From: Nemertoderma westbladi | Lineage: Eukaryota > Animalia > Xenacoelomorpha | Assembly (NCBI GenBank): GCA_032718475.1 | Contig: JAUCBJ010006711.1 | Location: forward strand, 124,001-188,000 | Direction: 5' to 3' | DNA: 64,000 nt | In this document: positions 49,965 to 59,705 of the stretch, piece after piece | How positions within the stretch are numbered: the stretch's first letter is position 1 | Layout of the letters: each line of letters begins with the position of its first letter | Program-made: the position numbers and the translations under genes | Notes under the pieces: generated by a model | The model's input: only the letters and a program-made list of their open reading frames with translations | Told to the model about the DNA's origin: nothing | The model's database searches: none

Positions 49965-52900
49965 CTAACTCTGTTTTGAGACAGGAGACAAATTATAATC
50001 TCCCGTCTCGATACGTGTCTCCTCTAATAACACAATATCTTGGACCGGTCGGTCCAAGGTGTGTAAACCATTAGTTTTACACTTTTTTGGGTGCGGACAC
50101 TTGCACCTAATTTTCACAGTGACTGTGCGCACTATGTTTTGCACGTCTGGGTGTGTGTGCAAGATCACTCCAGTCTCCCAATACTTTCTCTTGACAATGG
50201 GTTCGGTTATCAATACGTAGTCTCCCTTTTGGAGACTCCGAACCGTTTTGTACCACTTTGTTCTGGTGGATATGGTGGGAAGATAGTATTCCCGCCAATA
50301 TTCCCAGAATTTGTACGCGACTAATTGAGTCATTTTCCAGCTCTTACGACTATATAGGTCGGCACTAATGGGTTCTGATGCCGGCACAAGAAATGCTGGA
50401 CTCTGCATTAGCAAATGATTCGGCGTTAATGCAACACCGTCTGGCAACATAGCTATCGGCCTCGAGTTTAGGGTATGCTCGATTTCAATGAAAGCTGTGA
50501 CCAGTTCGTCGTCGGTAAGTTGTTTGTTCACAGGCAATGTTTTGGCAATGGCCTGTTTTACAGAGCGAACCAAACGCTCCCAAATTCCTCCTCTCCAAGG
50601 ACTTTCTGGAGTATTAAATCTCCATTCTACTCGTTGCGGCAAAAGTGCTGCAGAAATTTCCTTATTCTGTGCTGCTTTATGAGCCGCGTTCAACTCGCTA
50701 TTCCCTCCGACAAAGTTTGTACCCTTGTCAGAGTAGAACGCCTTTACTAGTCCTCTCCTGGCCATAAATCTCTTTAAGGCCAGGAGCAGAGATTTGGTCG
50801 ACATGTCTGCCACACGCTCGATATGTATGGCTCTACTCGCCATACATGTCAGTAGCAGACCCCATCGCTTGTGGGTCAGCCGTCCACTCTTTGCTTCAAT
50901 CGGACCAAAACAGTCCACCCCTGTATTCGTAAAGGGTGGGTCATATGCCTGCACTCTCGCTTCCGGGAGTTCAGCCATCTCCTGTTCCAATACTCTGGCG
51001 TTCACCCTCTTGCAAACCAGACAGGCGTCATACATAGTGCCGACTGCCCTGCTTGGCTGCAATAGAATGAATCGCTGTCTCGCTGCCGACAGACAGTGTA
51101 ACTTTCCCGCGTGATGCAACCTCTTATGTATATCCCATAGAATCGCTCTTTGCAATTCTATCGGGTAACTAGGGATTATCACTGGGAACCGAAACTGTGA
51201 GTTTATGTCGACAGTCTGGATTCTCGATCTATGACAAATCAAACCCTTATGGATTAATGGACTCCATTTTCTAAGGGGTTTATAGAGAACTGGTCGATGA
51301 GCCGATAATAGATGGAATTCTTTCGGGAAGGCACACATTTGATAATGTTTCAAATGCTTTAATTCCGCTTGATCAATCTCATCCTCTGTCAGAGGTTGTT
51401 TCAATTTCCGAATTCGCTCACTATTGGTGCTCAATGGTTCTCTCAAATGTTTTGAATGTTTTAAACAAAGGTACGAAACGTATCGGCTTAACCACGCAGG
51501 TCTTTTACAAATTGTCAGCCAAGAGGCAGACGAATTTAGTAATTTGTCATAAATACTGCATGACTCTAATGCCAGCGACGGTTGTCCGCTAACTAATGGA
51601 CGTTTCGAATCCAAACCCGCAGGTTTGGAAACCAAAGGATCCATTGTGTCGGTCATTTTCTGTCCGTCACTTACCAATTGTGACTCCGGTTTAGTCTGTA
51701 AGGGCGGTTTTATGTCATAACTTACCCTTCCTGACCTAATAGTCACGTAAGTCTGTTGGTCTGACAGGTCTCCGGGCCGCTCCAATGACTCTTCAGGCTG
51801 CTCCAATGACTCTTCAGGCCGCTCCAATGACTTAAGTTTGGCTTTAGACTTCGACTTAGAGACTTTCTCCACTTTGACTTCTGCATCTTCAGGCATCGGA
51901 TTGGTCACTATCTTTAGTCGCTCTGGCCAATGTTCCTGTGTCCTCGTTAGAAAATCAGGTCCATGCAACCAAAACTCCTGCGACTCTTCCTGACAGAATT
52001 CCGCCGGCATTGCACCTCTCGAAGTTATGTCGGCCGGGTTCAACACTCCCGGACAATGTCTCCATTGTTCCTTCGTCGAAAAGTCAACGATCTGAGCGCG
52101 TCTATTGGCCACAAATGTCTTTAGTGCAATATTGTCGGCCGCAATGTATACTAACACCAAGGATGCGTCCGTCCAATAGAATAAGGTCAATGTCGTGTCT
52201 AACTCCTCAGTTATTTGCTTACTTACCTCGACCGAAACTACAGCCGCCTGTAACTCTGCACGAGGGACAGTCATGTATTTGACCGGCATTGTCTTTGATC
52301 TAGAAGTCACAAAAGCCGTCTCAAACTTGTCCTGACTTACCTCTCGGCGAAGGTAGGCTACCATACCAAAACCGGTGTCACTTGCGTCACTAAATAGGTG
52401 GAGCTCTAAATCAGCTGGGAATACCAGCTGATTCGGAAGGTAGGAACGGGGTACATCTATATTTTTCAATAGATGCAACTCGGCTTCCCACTCCCTCCAC
52501 TGCTTTGCATGTATAGGAGATATTGGTTCGTCCCACTCTAAGTCGGACAACCAAATTTTCCTCATGCACGCTCGTGCCTGTAATATAACCGGACTGATAA
52601 AGTTCATCGGGTCAAATAGTCTACTCAATGTCGATAAGCAAATCCTCTTAGTCAAAACTTTGTCTGGGCTACTGGGCTCAAATCTAACTCTTACCTGGAA
52701 CTTATCTGAGTTCGGGTTCCAAGCGAGTCCCAGTACTCGCGCCATGGGAATTGGTTCTACCCCCAATTCTATGTCTCCGCTCCCGCGATCCTTTACCGGG
52801 AACGACTCTAATAGGGCCTCCGAGTTCGTAGTGAACTTGGTCAGAGGAAATCCCCCTGTAGCCAAGCACTCCTGCAGGCCGTGAGCCACTTCTATGGCTT

Positions 52901-55900
52901 GTTCCGCTGTGTCCTTGGACACCAATCCGTCGTCCATATAGAAGTTTCTCAATATAGACTCGATTACTTCTACTGGATACTTACCAATCTGGGCTGTTGC
53001 CGTTTTCTTTAAAACGAACAGCGTGCCATTCGGACTATCGCGGGCGCCAAATATCCTAACGTACATCTGGTATGTAACCACTGGGCCGGATAAGTCTTCA
53101 TTCTCAAACCAGAGAAATCGAAGGCTATCCTGGTCTGCCTTACAGGCTCTTACCTGGTGGAACATCGCCTCGATGTCACAAGTAAATGCGAATCGCCGCT
53201 GTCTAAAACGCAACAGTATTCCGATCAAATAGTTATTCAGGTTGGGACCATCCATCAACTCTGAATTCAGGGACATACCTCTATAGACTGCTGCGCAGTC
53301 GTTGACTACTCGGACTTTGTCTGGCTTGTCAGGGTGAGTCACATAGTGGTGTGGAAGGTAATAAGTCTGGTCTGTCACCAAGTCAGGGTCCTCTACCTTC
53401 CCAGCAAATCCCTTGGCGAAATAGTTGTTGATCTGGGCGCAATACTTCTCCCTAATGTCCGGATTCTTCAACAACCGAGCCCTTACTCCGTTCAATCTTT
53501 TCAAGGCTAAGTTGTAGTTGTTCTCCAACTTAGGTGGTTGTCGACGCCACAACATTCCAACTTCAAAATGTCCAGTCGGTAGTAGACGTATGGTATCTTC
53601 CATCATCTCCAACGACCGTTTCTCATCAGTAGACATGGCTAGGTCATATCCACCGGGTTCCATTGCGTCCCTATCCAGCCATTCGACGGTTCTAGCTCCT
53701 GTCTCGAGGTCCTGGCGTATCAATTCCTTTTGTAATTCCTCCTCACTGTATTGGAAAATGTCTAGGTCTCGAGATTTAGCCACTTGACCCTCCACTATGT
53801 CTGTATAAGTCAAAACGTTAGTCAAATAGGTAGCGTGGGCCGCTGAACCAGACCCACGGGTCTGATAACAGTAGTCCTCGGGTTCACTATCTGTCCGGTC
53901 ATTATGAAGTGGTTCCGACAACCTAACATTATCGGGAATCAACTCCTCATCTGACTCGCTAAAGTCACTATAGTGGTCAATACAGGTTCTCCTAAACTCG
54001 TCTATGTCTGGTGGTTTTACTAACGGTGGTTGAGCTATAGGCTGTAATTCGTCGTATCTATTCATTGGCTTGTCGCCACCTGTAAACTCATAAGACATGG
54101 GTACTCGTGTATACCAACCTAGTATGGTCCTATGGGCATGTGGTCCATTGACATGCGGCTCAGCTGGTCTCGTTTCCCATATCTGGTGTGCGATCAGCTG
54201 TTCTGCACCAATCAACATAGAAACATTCCTATAACCTACCTGGTGTCTGGGTATCCTGAGCTTGTCAAAATACTCCTGTGCTATGGGACTCATCGGCGGC
54301 ACCTTACCTAACTGCCTGCCGAATCCCTTCATAGCTAGACACTTAAATCCGTCCAATGGCAAAGCTTTCCGTTCTTGTCGAGTATGCTGGTCTCTCGGAA
54401 GTAGGGAATCTAGTTCCACCGAAATTCTGTGTCCCTTGAGGTCACCTACCCCATGCATAGACTTCAACTCTATTTGGATCTCCTCGGCGTCCTGGAAGCT
54501 AGAAACAGCTCTCGCCACTTCCTCGTCGATATACGATAATGTGGACGCAGTGTCCAACATCACATATATTCGCTTCGATCCCTTATCGCTGGTGAGTTTC
54601 ACCGGAATCACGCTAAATATTTCCGACGTGGCCGATGATAAATACGTCCGCGCGCTGGTCGATGAACTATCCGCGGTGAAACCTTGGCAGGTCACTTCTC
54701 TCGCGCTCGACTCGCCATCCTCGTCCGACGAACCTGGTTGGTAACCATCGTCCTGGATGCCAGTGTACGTATTCCTCCTTATCGATACGGGTTCTTTGCT
54801 CCCCTTCCTTTGAGGATTTCGCTGTAAGTAACGGTCCGTTGGGGTATGGAAATCCGCATGTAGCAACTTGTGATGTAGTCTGCCGCATTCCATGCATCCG
54901 TCCTTGCTGTTCGGGCACTGCCGCCGTACATGTCCTGGCGCAAGACAAGCCCAACAGGTGTCCAACGTCCGCACTTGAACTCTTCTCTGTTCTGAATTTA
55001 ATTCCTTGAACCGTCTGCAACTATCTAACTTATGGTCGTCAGATCTTACCTCCTTTAGTAAACAGTATTGGCAACCTACAAATCCATCCGGCAACTCCTG
55101 TTGCTTTAACCTAGGTCTATCTAACCGCTCACCTGACCATACTCGCGAGTCTGATCTAAAGGCTGGGGTATTCGAATTATATCTGTCTACTGAGTTATAA
55201 GTCACAGTGGTCCTGTCATCGTCAAAACTTACCATAGACTTACCGGTAACAGGTTTAGACTCTCTCATATTCTCTTCTGAGAAGTTTGATTTCATCTCTG
55301 CTACTGCGTCTGTGGCTATCATGTCATGAATATGCTGAAGTGTCAATACTTTACCTTGGCCCTCCAACTTATTCTCTAATTTGCGCCATTTCTGTCGGTA
55401 ACGCATGTTTAGACGTCTTATTACGCTCTTTAAAACTTCGGCGTGATCACCATGATGAGGTAGATTCACCGTCCTCAAGATGTCCAATGCGTTCGAAATA
55501 GCGTTCGCTAAATTCAACAGCTCAAACGGAGTTGTAATCCTTCCGCCCTTACCCAAGTCTTCTACTATCGACTGCGCCATCTTGGTTTTATTCCCGTAGA
55601 TGTCGCTAAGCGTCTTCATTGCTAACTCGAATGCTCTTTCGTTGCCGACGAAATTATCAGCAATGGCTCTAGGTTCTCGATGGAGCATCTGAAGCAAATA
55701 GTTGAACTTCTCGTTGGGAGTAAAGGTGCTGTTGGTTAGCTGCTCGTCGACATAGGTTTTAAAGGTCCTCCAGTGCTTGTGGTTGCCCATAAACTTCTGG
55801 GGTTGTTGCGTCGGCAGTCCTTGCCTAGCAGCAAACTTACCTATGTCCCTAAGGGTTGCGTCGTTCCGGGTTAACAAATGGTTTAGTTCCGCAGGGTTGT

Positions 55901-57668
55901 TAAGTCTGGTCCTTTCCCGGTGGTTCCAACTTACCTGCTCCGCGTTGGTCCTTCTTTCCTTATAGTTTCGGGACTTCTGACGTCTCATTTCTTCCTCTTC
56001 ATCGCTTGACTCGGTGTCAGTCCTTAGCGCTCGCGATGATTTGCGCGCCGAGGCCCTGACCCAAGCATCCTGAATAAATCTTTCTGCCGAATTTTCGAAA
56101 TTGGGATTATGGATATTCGGGACAGGCGTCCTTACCTGAGGTCTATGTGGTATAGTTTCCTCCGATATGCGTACTCGTTGACTAGGCTGGACTTTATCTA
56201 ACTCAGGCCTGCTGGGATTAGAATTACTTCTTACCTGGGCTGCTTCCTTTAACCGTAGGTTGCTAAGCATGTCCGTTATAGGTTGGATGTGCGGCGATAT
56301 AGCTTGCGCTAAACTAGCACTTAACTCATCCCTCGTAATAAATTCCTGGCTAGGGTTCTGTTGTATAGTCGGCTCTATCTGAGTAATCCGCTGTCTCTCA
56401 TATGATCCCTCTTCCGGTTTAACCCGGAAGTTCTCCGTCGAACTGGGTCGGCGCTCCGTCCGCGTATTCCAAACCCTCGGGTTCGGTTCGCCAAGTACTC
56501 GTTCCGTCGGAGTTTCTTCTCTAAATTCTCCGTTCTCGCGTTCGATATATAGTGGTGCGGTGTTCCGATGACGTAGATCCTGAGCGATGGGTGAAACACT
56601 AATACCAACTGGCGTGCGATATGTAGAGAATGGTTTAGCGATCCGTGTACTCGTAATAGCTGGACCGAGTATAGGAATTCTGGTCGTCGTTGACTCGCGT
56701 ATAGTCGGAGTTCTCGCTTCCTGTTCGGCCTTCTGCAGTGCGAACAGTTCTCGCAACTCTGTCCCCACACTCGCCCCACATTCTTCGAGCATTCGCATCC
56801 CCTTCTCGGCGATTTCGTTCGCCTTCCTAGTCCGTTCTTCGCTCTCTAAACTTAATCTCGCACTTTCCAACTGCGCCAGTTTACGCTCTTCTTCTTCCCT
56901 CGCTCGTCTCGCTGCGCTCTCTTCTTCTACTCGCGACCTTTCTTCATACAATGCGCGTCTTCTTTTCTCGATCTCGAGTTCGCGTTCCTTGCGTCCGCGT
57001 TCGAGTTGAAGCTCGCGCTCCTTCTGTTCACGATCGAGTTTCTTGCGCTCGCGTTCGGCTTGGAGTTCGCGTTTCTTCGCTTCCTGTTCGCATTCAAGTT
57101 GGAGTTCGCGTTCTCTCTGTTCGCGTTCGAGTTGGAGTTCGCGTTTCTTCGCTTCCCGCTCGCATTCAAGTTGGAGTTCGCGTTCTCTCTGTTCGCGTTC
57201 GAGTTCCTCGCGCTCGCGCTCGGCTTGGAGTTCGCGTTCCCTTTGCTCGCGTTCCGCTCGCTCGCGCTTACTTATCTCTTCCAACTCTCGTAACTCTGCG
57301 TCCAACTTACGTGTGCGCTCCCGTTCCCGCTCGGCTTCCTTCCGTGCTTCCTGTGCACGCAAAACTTCCGCCTGCTGTTCGTCTAGTCGGCGTCTTCTCT
57401 CCTCCGCCGAGTTGTGAGAAACAAGGGATCTAGCACATATTACCTTACCTCGCGCGTGACTAACCTGGGAATCGCCGCTGTCTCTAGATGCATCGTCGGT
57501 TGGAGTCAACGTCCTCTGTTGGATGTTCTCCGTCGTCGGTAGCACCTGACCTGGTACCACCACTCCATTCTGCATCAGCCAGCTAGTAACTTCCCTCTGA
57601 TACCGGCGCTCCTCTTTATCCTGCGTCTCTTCTCGCTCCACTAAGTCTCTCAACTCTGCGTCACTCAC
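49965..57668 (-). CDS. BEL-B Gag-Pol polyprotein (main part, 2567 aa)
   Basis: Coiled coil; PQKFMGNHKHWRTF gag; Cys arrays CWACLAPGHVRRQC and CMECGRLHHKLLH; LDTAS protease; YLPHH, DIEAMFHQV, FYMDDG RT; LHLFSDAS and NPADITSRG RNase H; HHAG..CLVC, GVDCFGP, YSDKGTNF, GIWERLVRSVK integrase. Confidence 0.97.
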   Translation of the reverse strand: MSDAELRDLVEREETQDKEERRYQREVTSWLMQNGVVVPGQVLPTTENIQQRTLTPTDDASRDSGDSQVSHARGKVICARSLVSHNSAEERRRRLDEQQAEVLRAQEARKEAERERERTRKLDAELRELEEISKRERAEREQRERELQAEREREELEREQRERELQLECEREAKKRELQLEREQRERELQLECEQEAKKRELQAERERKKLDREQKERELQLERGRKERELEIEKRRRALYEERSRVEEESAARRAREEEERKLAQLESARLSLESEERTRKANEIAEKGMRMLEECGASVGTELRELFALQKAEQEARTPTIRESTTTRIPILGPAITSTRIAKPFSTYRTPVGISVSPIAQDLRHRNTAPLYIERENGEFREETPTERVLGEPNPRVWNTRTERRPSSTENFRVKPEEGSYERQRITQIEPTIQQNPSQEFITRDELSASLAQAISPHIQPITDMLSNLRLKEAAQVRSNSNPSRPELDKVQPSQRVRISEETIPHRPQVRTPVPNIHNPNFENSAERFIQDAWVRASARKSSRALRTDTESSDEEEEMRRQKSRNYKERRTNAEQVSWNHRERTRLNNPAELNHLLTRNDATLRDIGKFAARQGLPTQQPQKFMGNHKHWRTFKTYVDEQLTNSTFTPNEKFNYLLQMLHREPRAIADNFVGNERAFELAMKTLSDIYGNKTKMAQSIVEDLGKGGRITTPFELLNLANAISNALDILRTVNLPHHGDHAEVLKSVIRRLNMRYRQKWRKLENKLEGQGKVLTLQHIHDMIATDAVAEMKSNFSEENMRESKPVTGKSMVSFDDDRTTVTYNSVDRYNSNTPAFRSDSRVWSGERLDRPRLKQQELPDGFVGCQYCLLKEVRSDDHKLDSCRRFKELNSEQRRVQVRTLDTCWACLAPGHVRRQCPNSKDGCMECGRLHHKLLHADFHTPTDRYLQRNPQRKGSKEPVSIRRNTYTGIQDDGYQPGSSDEDGESSAREVTCQGFTADSSSTSARTYLSSATSEIFSVIPVKLTSDKGSKRIYVMLDTASTLSYIDEEVARAVSSFQDAEEIQIELKSMHGVGDLKGHRISVELDSLLPRDQHTRQERKALPLDGFKCLAMKGFGRQLGKVPPMSPIAQEYFDKLRIPRHQVGYRNVSMLIGAEQLIAHQIWETRPAEPHVNGPHAHRTILGWYTRVPMSYEFTGGDKPMNRYDELQPIAQPPLVKPPDIDEFRRTCIDHYSDFSESDEELIPDNVRLSEPLHNDRTDSEPEDYCYQTRGSGSAAHATYLTNVLTYTDIVEGQVAKSRDLDIFQYSEEELQKELIRQDLETGARTVEWLDRDAMEPGGYDLAMSTDEKRSLEMMEDTIRLLPTGHFEVGMLWRRQPPKLENNYNLALKRLNGVRARLLKNPDIREKYCAQINNYFAKGFAGKVEDPDLVTDQTYYLPHHYVTHPDKPDKVRVVNDCAAVYRGMSLNSELMDGPNLNNYLIGILLRFRQRRFAFTCDIEAMFHQVRACKADQDSLRFLWFENEDLSGPVVTYQMYVRIFGARDSPNGTLFVLKKTATAQIGKYPVEVIESILRNFYMDDGLVSKDTAEQAIEVAHGLQECLATGGFPLTKFTTNSEALLESFPVKDRGSGDIELGVEPIPMARVLGLAWNPNSDKFQVRVRFEPSSPDKVLTKRICLSTLSRLFDPMNFISPVILQARACMRKIWLSDLEWDEPISPIHAKQWREWEAELHLLKNIDVPRSYLPNQLVFPADLELHLFSDASDTGFGMVAYLRREVSQDKFETAFVTSRSKTMPVKYMTVPRAELQAAVVSVEVSKQITEELDTTLTLFYWTDASLVLVYIAADNIALKTFVANRRAQIVDFSTKEQWRHCPGVLNPADITSRGAMPAEFCQEESQEFWLHGPDFLTRTQEHWPERLKIVTNPMPEDAEVKVEKVSKSKSKAKLKSLERPEESLEQPEESLERPGDLSDQQTYVTIRSGRVSYDIKPPLQTKPESQLVSDGQKMTDTMDPLVSKPAGLDSKRPLVSGQPSLALESCSIYDKLLNSSASWLTICKRPAWLSRYVSYLCLKHSKHLREPLSTNSERIRKLKQPLTEDEIDQAELKHLKHYQMCAFPKEFHLLSAHRPVLYKPLRKWSPLIHKGLICHRSRIQTVDINSQFRFPVIIPSYPIELQRAILWDIHKRLHHAGKLHCLSAARQRFILLQPSRAVGTMYDACLVCKRVNARVLEQEMAELPEARVQAYDPPFTNTGVDCFGPIEAKSGRLTHKRWGLLLTCMASRAIHIERVADMSTKSLLLALKRFMARRGLVKAFYSDKGTNFVGGNSELNAAHKAAQNKEISAALLPQRVEWRFNTPESPWRGGIWERLVRSVKQAIAKTLPVNKQLTDDELVTAFIEIEHTLNSRPIAMLPDGVALTPNHLLMQSPAFLVPASEPISADLYSRKSWKMTQLVAYKFWEYWREYYLPTISTRTKWYKTVRSLQKGDYVLITEPIVKRKYWETGVILHTHPDVQNIVRTVTVKIRCKCPHPKKCKTNGLHTLDRPVQDIVLLEETRIETGDYNLSPVSKQS

Positions 57669-58414
57669 CTGAGTCGCCTGCGCTTGTGATGCCCATAGCA
57701 GCCAGTTCTCTGTCCTAACTCGTCGGATCGCTCCGATAACTCGCGGTGCTCCAACAAGGCTGCTAAAACCCTGTCGTAAATCCTCGTCGCCACGTCGCTC
57801 GACTGAGACTCTACTGCCTTCTTCGCTAGGACTGCAAGCTCCTCCGTCTGCTTGAATAACGCTGAGTTATATCCTCTTCTAATCTCTGCTAACTCTACCC
57901 TCCCGATGTTGGCTGAGTCGGCCAACATTTTTCTTACCTTGTCCGCCGTCCGAGTTATATGTCCGGCATGCGCGCGAAGTTTCTTCTTTATCGCGATATC
58001 AAGTTCTCTATCACTTACCTGACTTACACTCGGTGGACTTGAAGGATTATTTCGGGAACTACGGGTACTCCTTACAGCCGTTGGGACCACGGCACTTACC
58101 ATACCCACAGGTCTGGAAACCGGGCTCCGGGCTCTCGCTTCTGCTACACTATCCTCCCTATCACTCACCTCTGTCCGGGCTGCCGTACAGTCCTTCCTTA
58201 CAGTAGCGGTAGGGGATCCTAATACTATTACTTGAGGTTGCTGTTCTTCCTCACTAGTCACTGTCTCGTCCTCCTGTTCACTTACGTCAGCGTCACTCGC
58301 TGCGTCGTCATAGTCGGCATTGTCGTCAACAGTAATATTGACGCTATCGTCAGTCGGCGGTCCAGCCGCCGTCTCGTAGCTGTCCTCTAGTGCCTCCTTG
58401 TCTGAGACACTCAT
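57665..58414 (-). CDS. N-terminal Gag segment of BEL-B (249 aa), out of frame with the main ORF
   Basis: ATG-initiated acidic/helical ORF overlapping the GTG-called start of the 2567-aa ORF by 4 nt; the main ORF is in the -1 frame. Confidence 0.7.
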   Translation of the reverse strand: MSVSDKEALEDSYETAAGPPTDDSVNITVDDNADYDDAASDADVSEQEDETVTSEEEQQPQVIVLGSPTATVRKDCTAARTEVSDREDSVAEARARSPVSRPVGMVSAVVPTAVRSTRSSRNNPSSPPSVSQVSDRELDIAIKKKLRAHAGHITRTADKVRKMLADSANIGRVELAEIRRGYNSALFKQTEELAVLAKKAVESQSSDVATRIYDRVLAALLEHRELSERSDELGQRTGCYGHHKRRRLR

Positions 58415-59705
58415 AGTCTAAATAATGTTTGCCTTCCGGCAAAATATCTCGCAAAGGTTCGAGATATGATTATAATTTAACCGAAATACGGTCAAATTAT
58501 TTGTCAAATAATCAGTTGGTCCAAAATGTCAAAATAAATTCGCAATGCAATATTGTGAATTTAATGGGGTATATAGTTATAGCAAATACTAGCACAATAT
58601 TTAAACAAAAATATTATTATATAGCTACTATATAGTATTAAATACCGGTATAGCACAAAATAACTCTGAATCTAATACAAAATATTCAAAATATACTTGC
58701 CACCCGAATATTTCTAATTTTATATATATATAGCTCTAATCAACGTAATTTTAATTTCAAATATTATATGTATCCACTAACGCGTGGCTACATCTTCGGG
58801 TTGCGACTCTCTCTAACTCTCTCTCTAACTTGAGCGATTCAAAACCATGGTCGGCTAAACCTAAATATCCTAACTAATAAATTGAGTTCAGCTTCGCAGT
58901 TAAACAACCGATAATTTTTTACTGCTTCCACAAACACACTGGTGCCAACAGAACAACTAACCTTGTTTGCTGTGAGATTCCACGTCCGCGTCCAAAGATT
59001 CAGGCCCTTCGCTGATTGCAAACCGAACCCGCAGACCCACACGAACCCCAAACTCAGAAGTTCCGTCTTGCCATGTATCTCCAGATGGTATAAAATAACT
59101 AAGCGGTTACCTAACATACCGGTACAAAACTCTAGAATTTTACAAAATAATTTTGACCGAAACTGAATTCTCGCAAACCTAGCTAATAATTTTCAAAAAA
59201 CTTACTAATTACAGTTTGCCCTAAGGCCTAAGGAACTGCTGTATTCGCAATTAGCAAAAACGCACTACCGTACATTCACTGTATGCAGTACAGTAAGTAA
59301 AACAGTACACCAACCTAACAGCCTAATGATACTGTGTGTGGTACGGCAAAACAAATGTCCCTTCTACCGTCCGCAGTAACAACAATCAGCCTAATGTACT
59401 ACTGTACTATCGTACGCAGCCAGTGAATACAGTAATCTAAACTAACAGCCTAAAAGAATATACTCAATGTTCTACCGTACGCTAGCCTATAGCCTACAGC
59501 AGACGATCACGTGCTCCAATTTATTGCCTAATACTATGATATTACTATCAGCCTAAGAATACTCTATTGACCGCTGCAAGCAACAGCCAATAACGCGTAT
59601 TACTGATACGAAGTATCAGTAAATCTAAATCTTCACGGCCTAAGAATATACTCTATGTCCTACTGTACGTGGTAGGCCTACAGCAGACAATAATGCGCGT
59701 ATTAC

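Noticed and set aside
56990-57270. Tandem repeats in BEL-B gag and the 21-bp repeat at ~51770-51830
   Set aside because: Ordinary in-frame coding expansions (ERELQLE coiled coil; SLERPEE linker).
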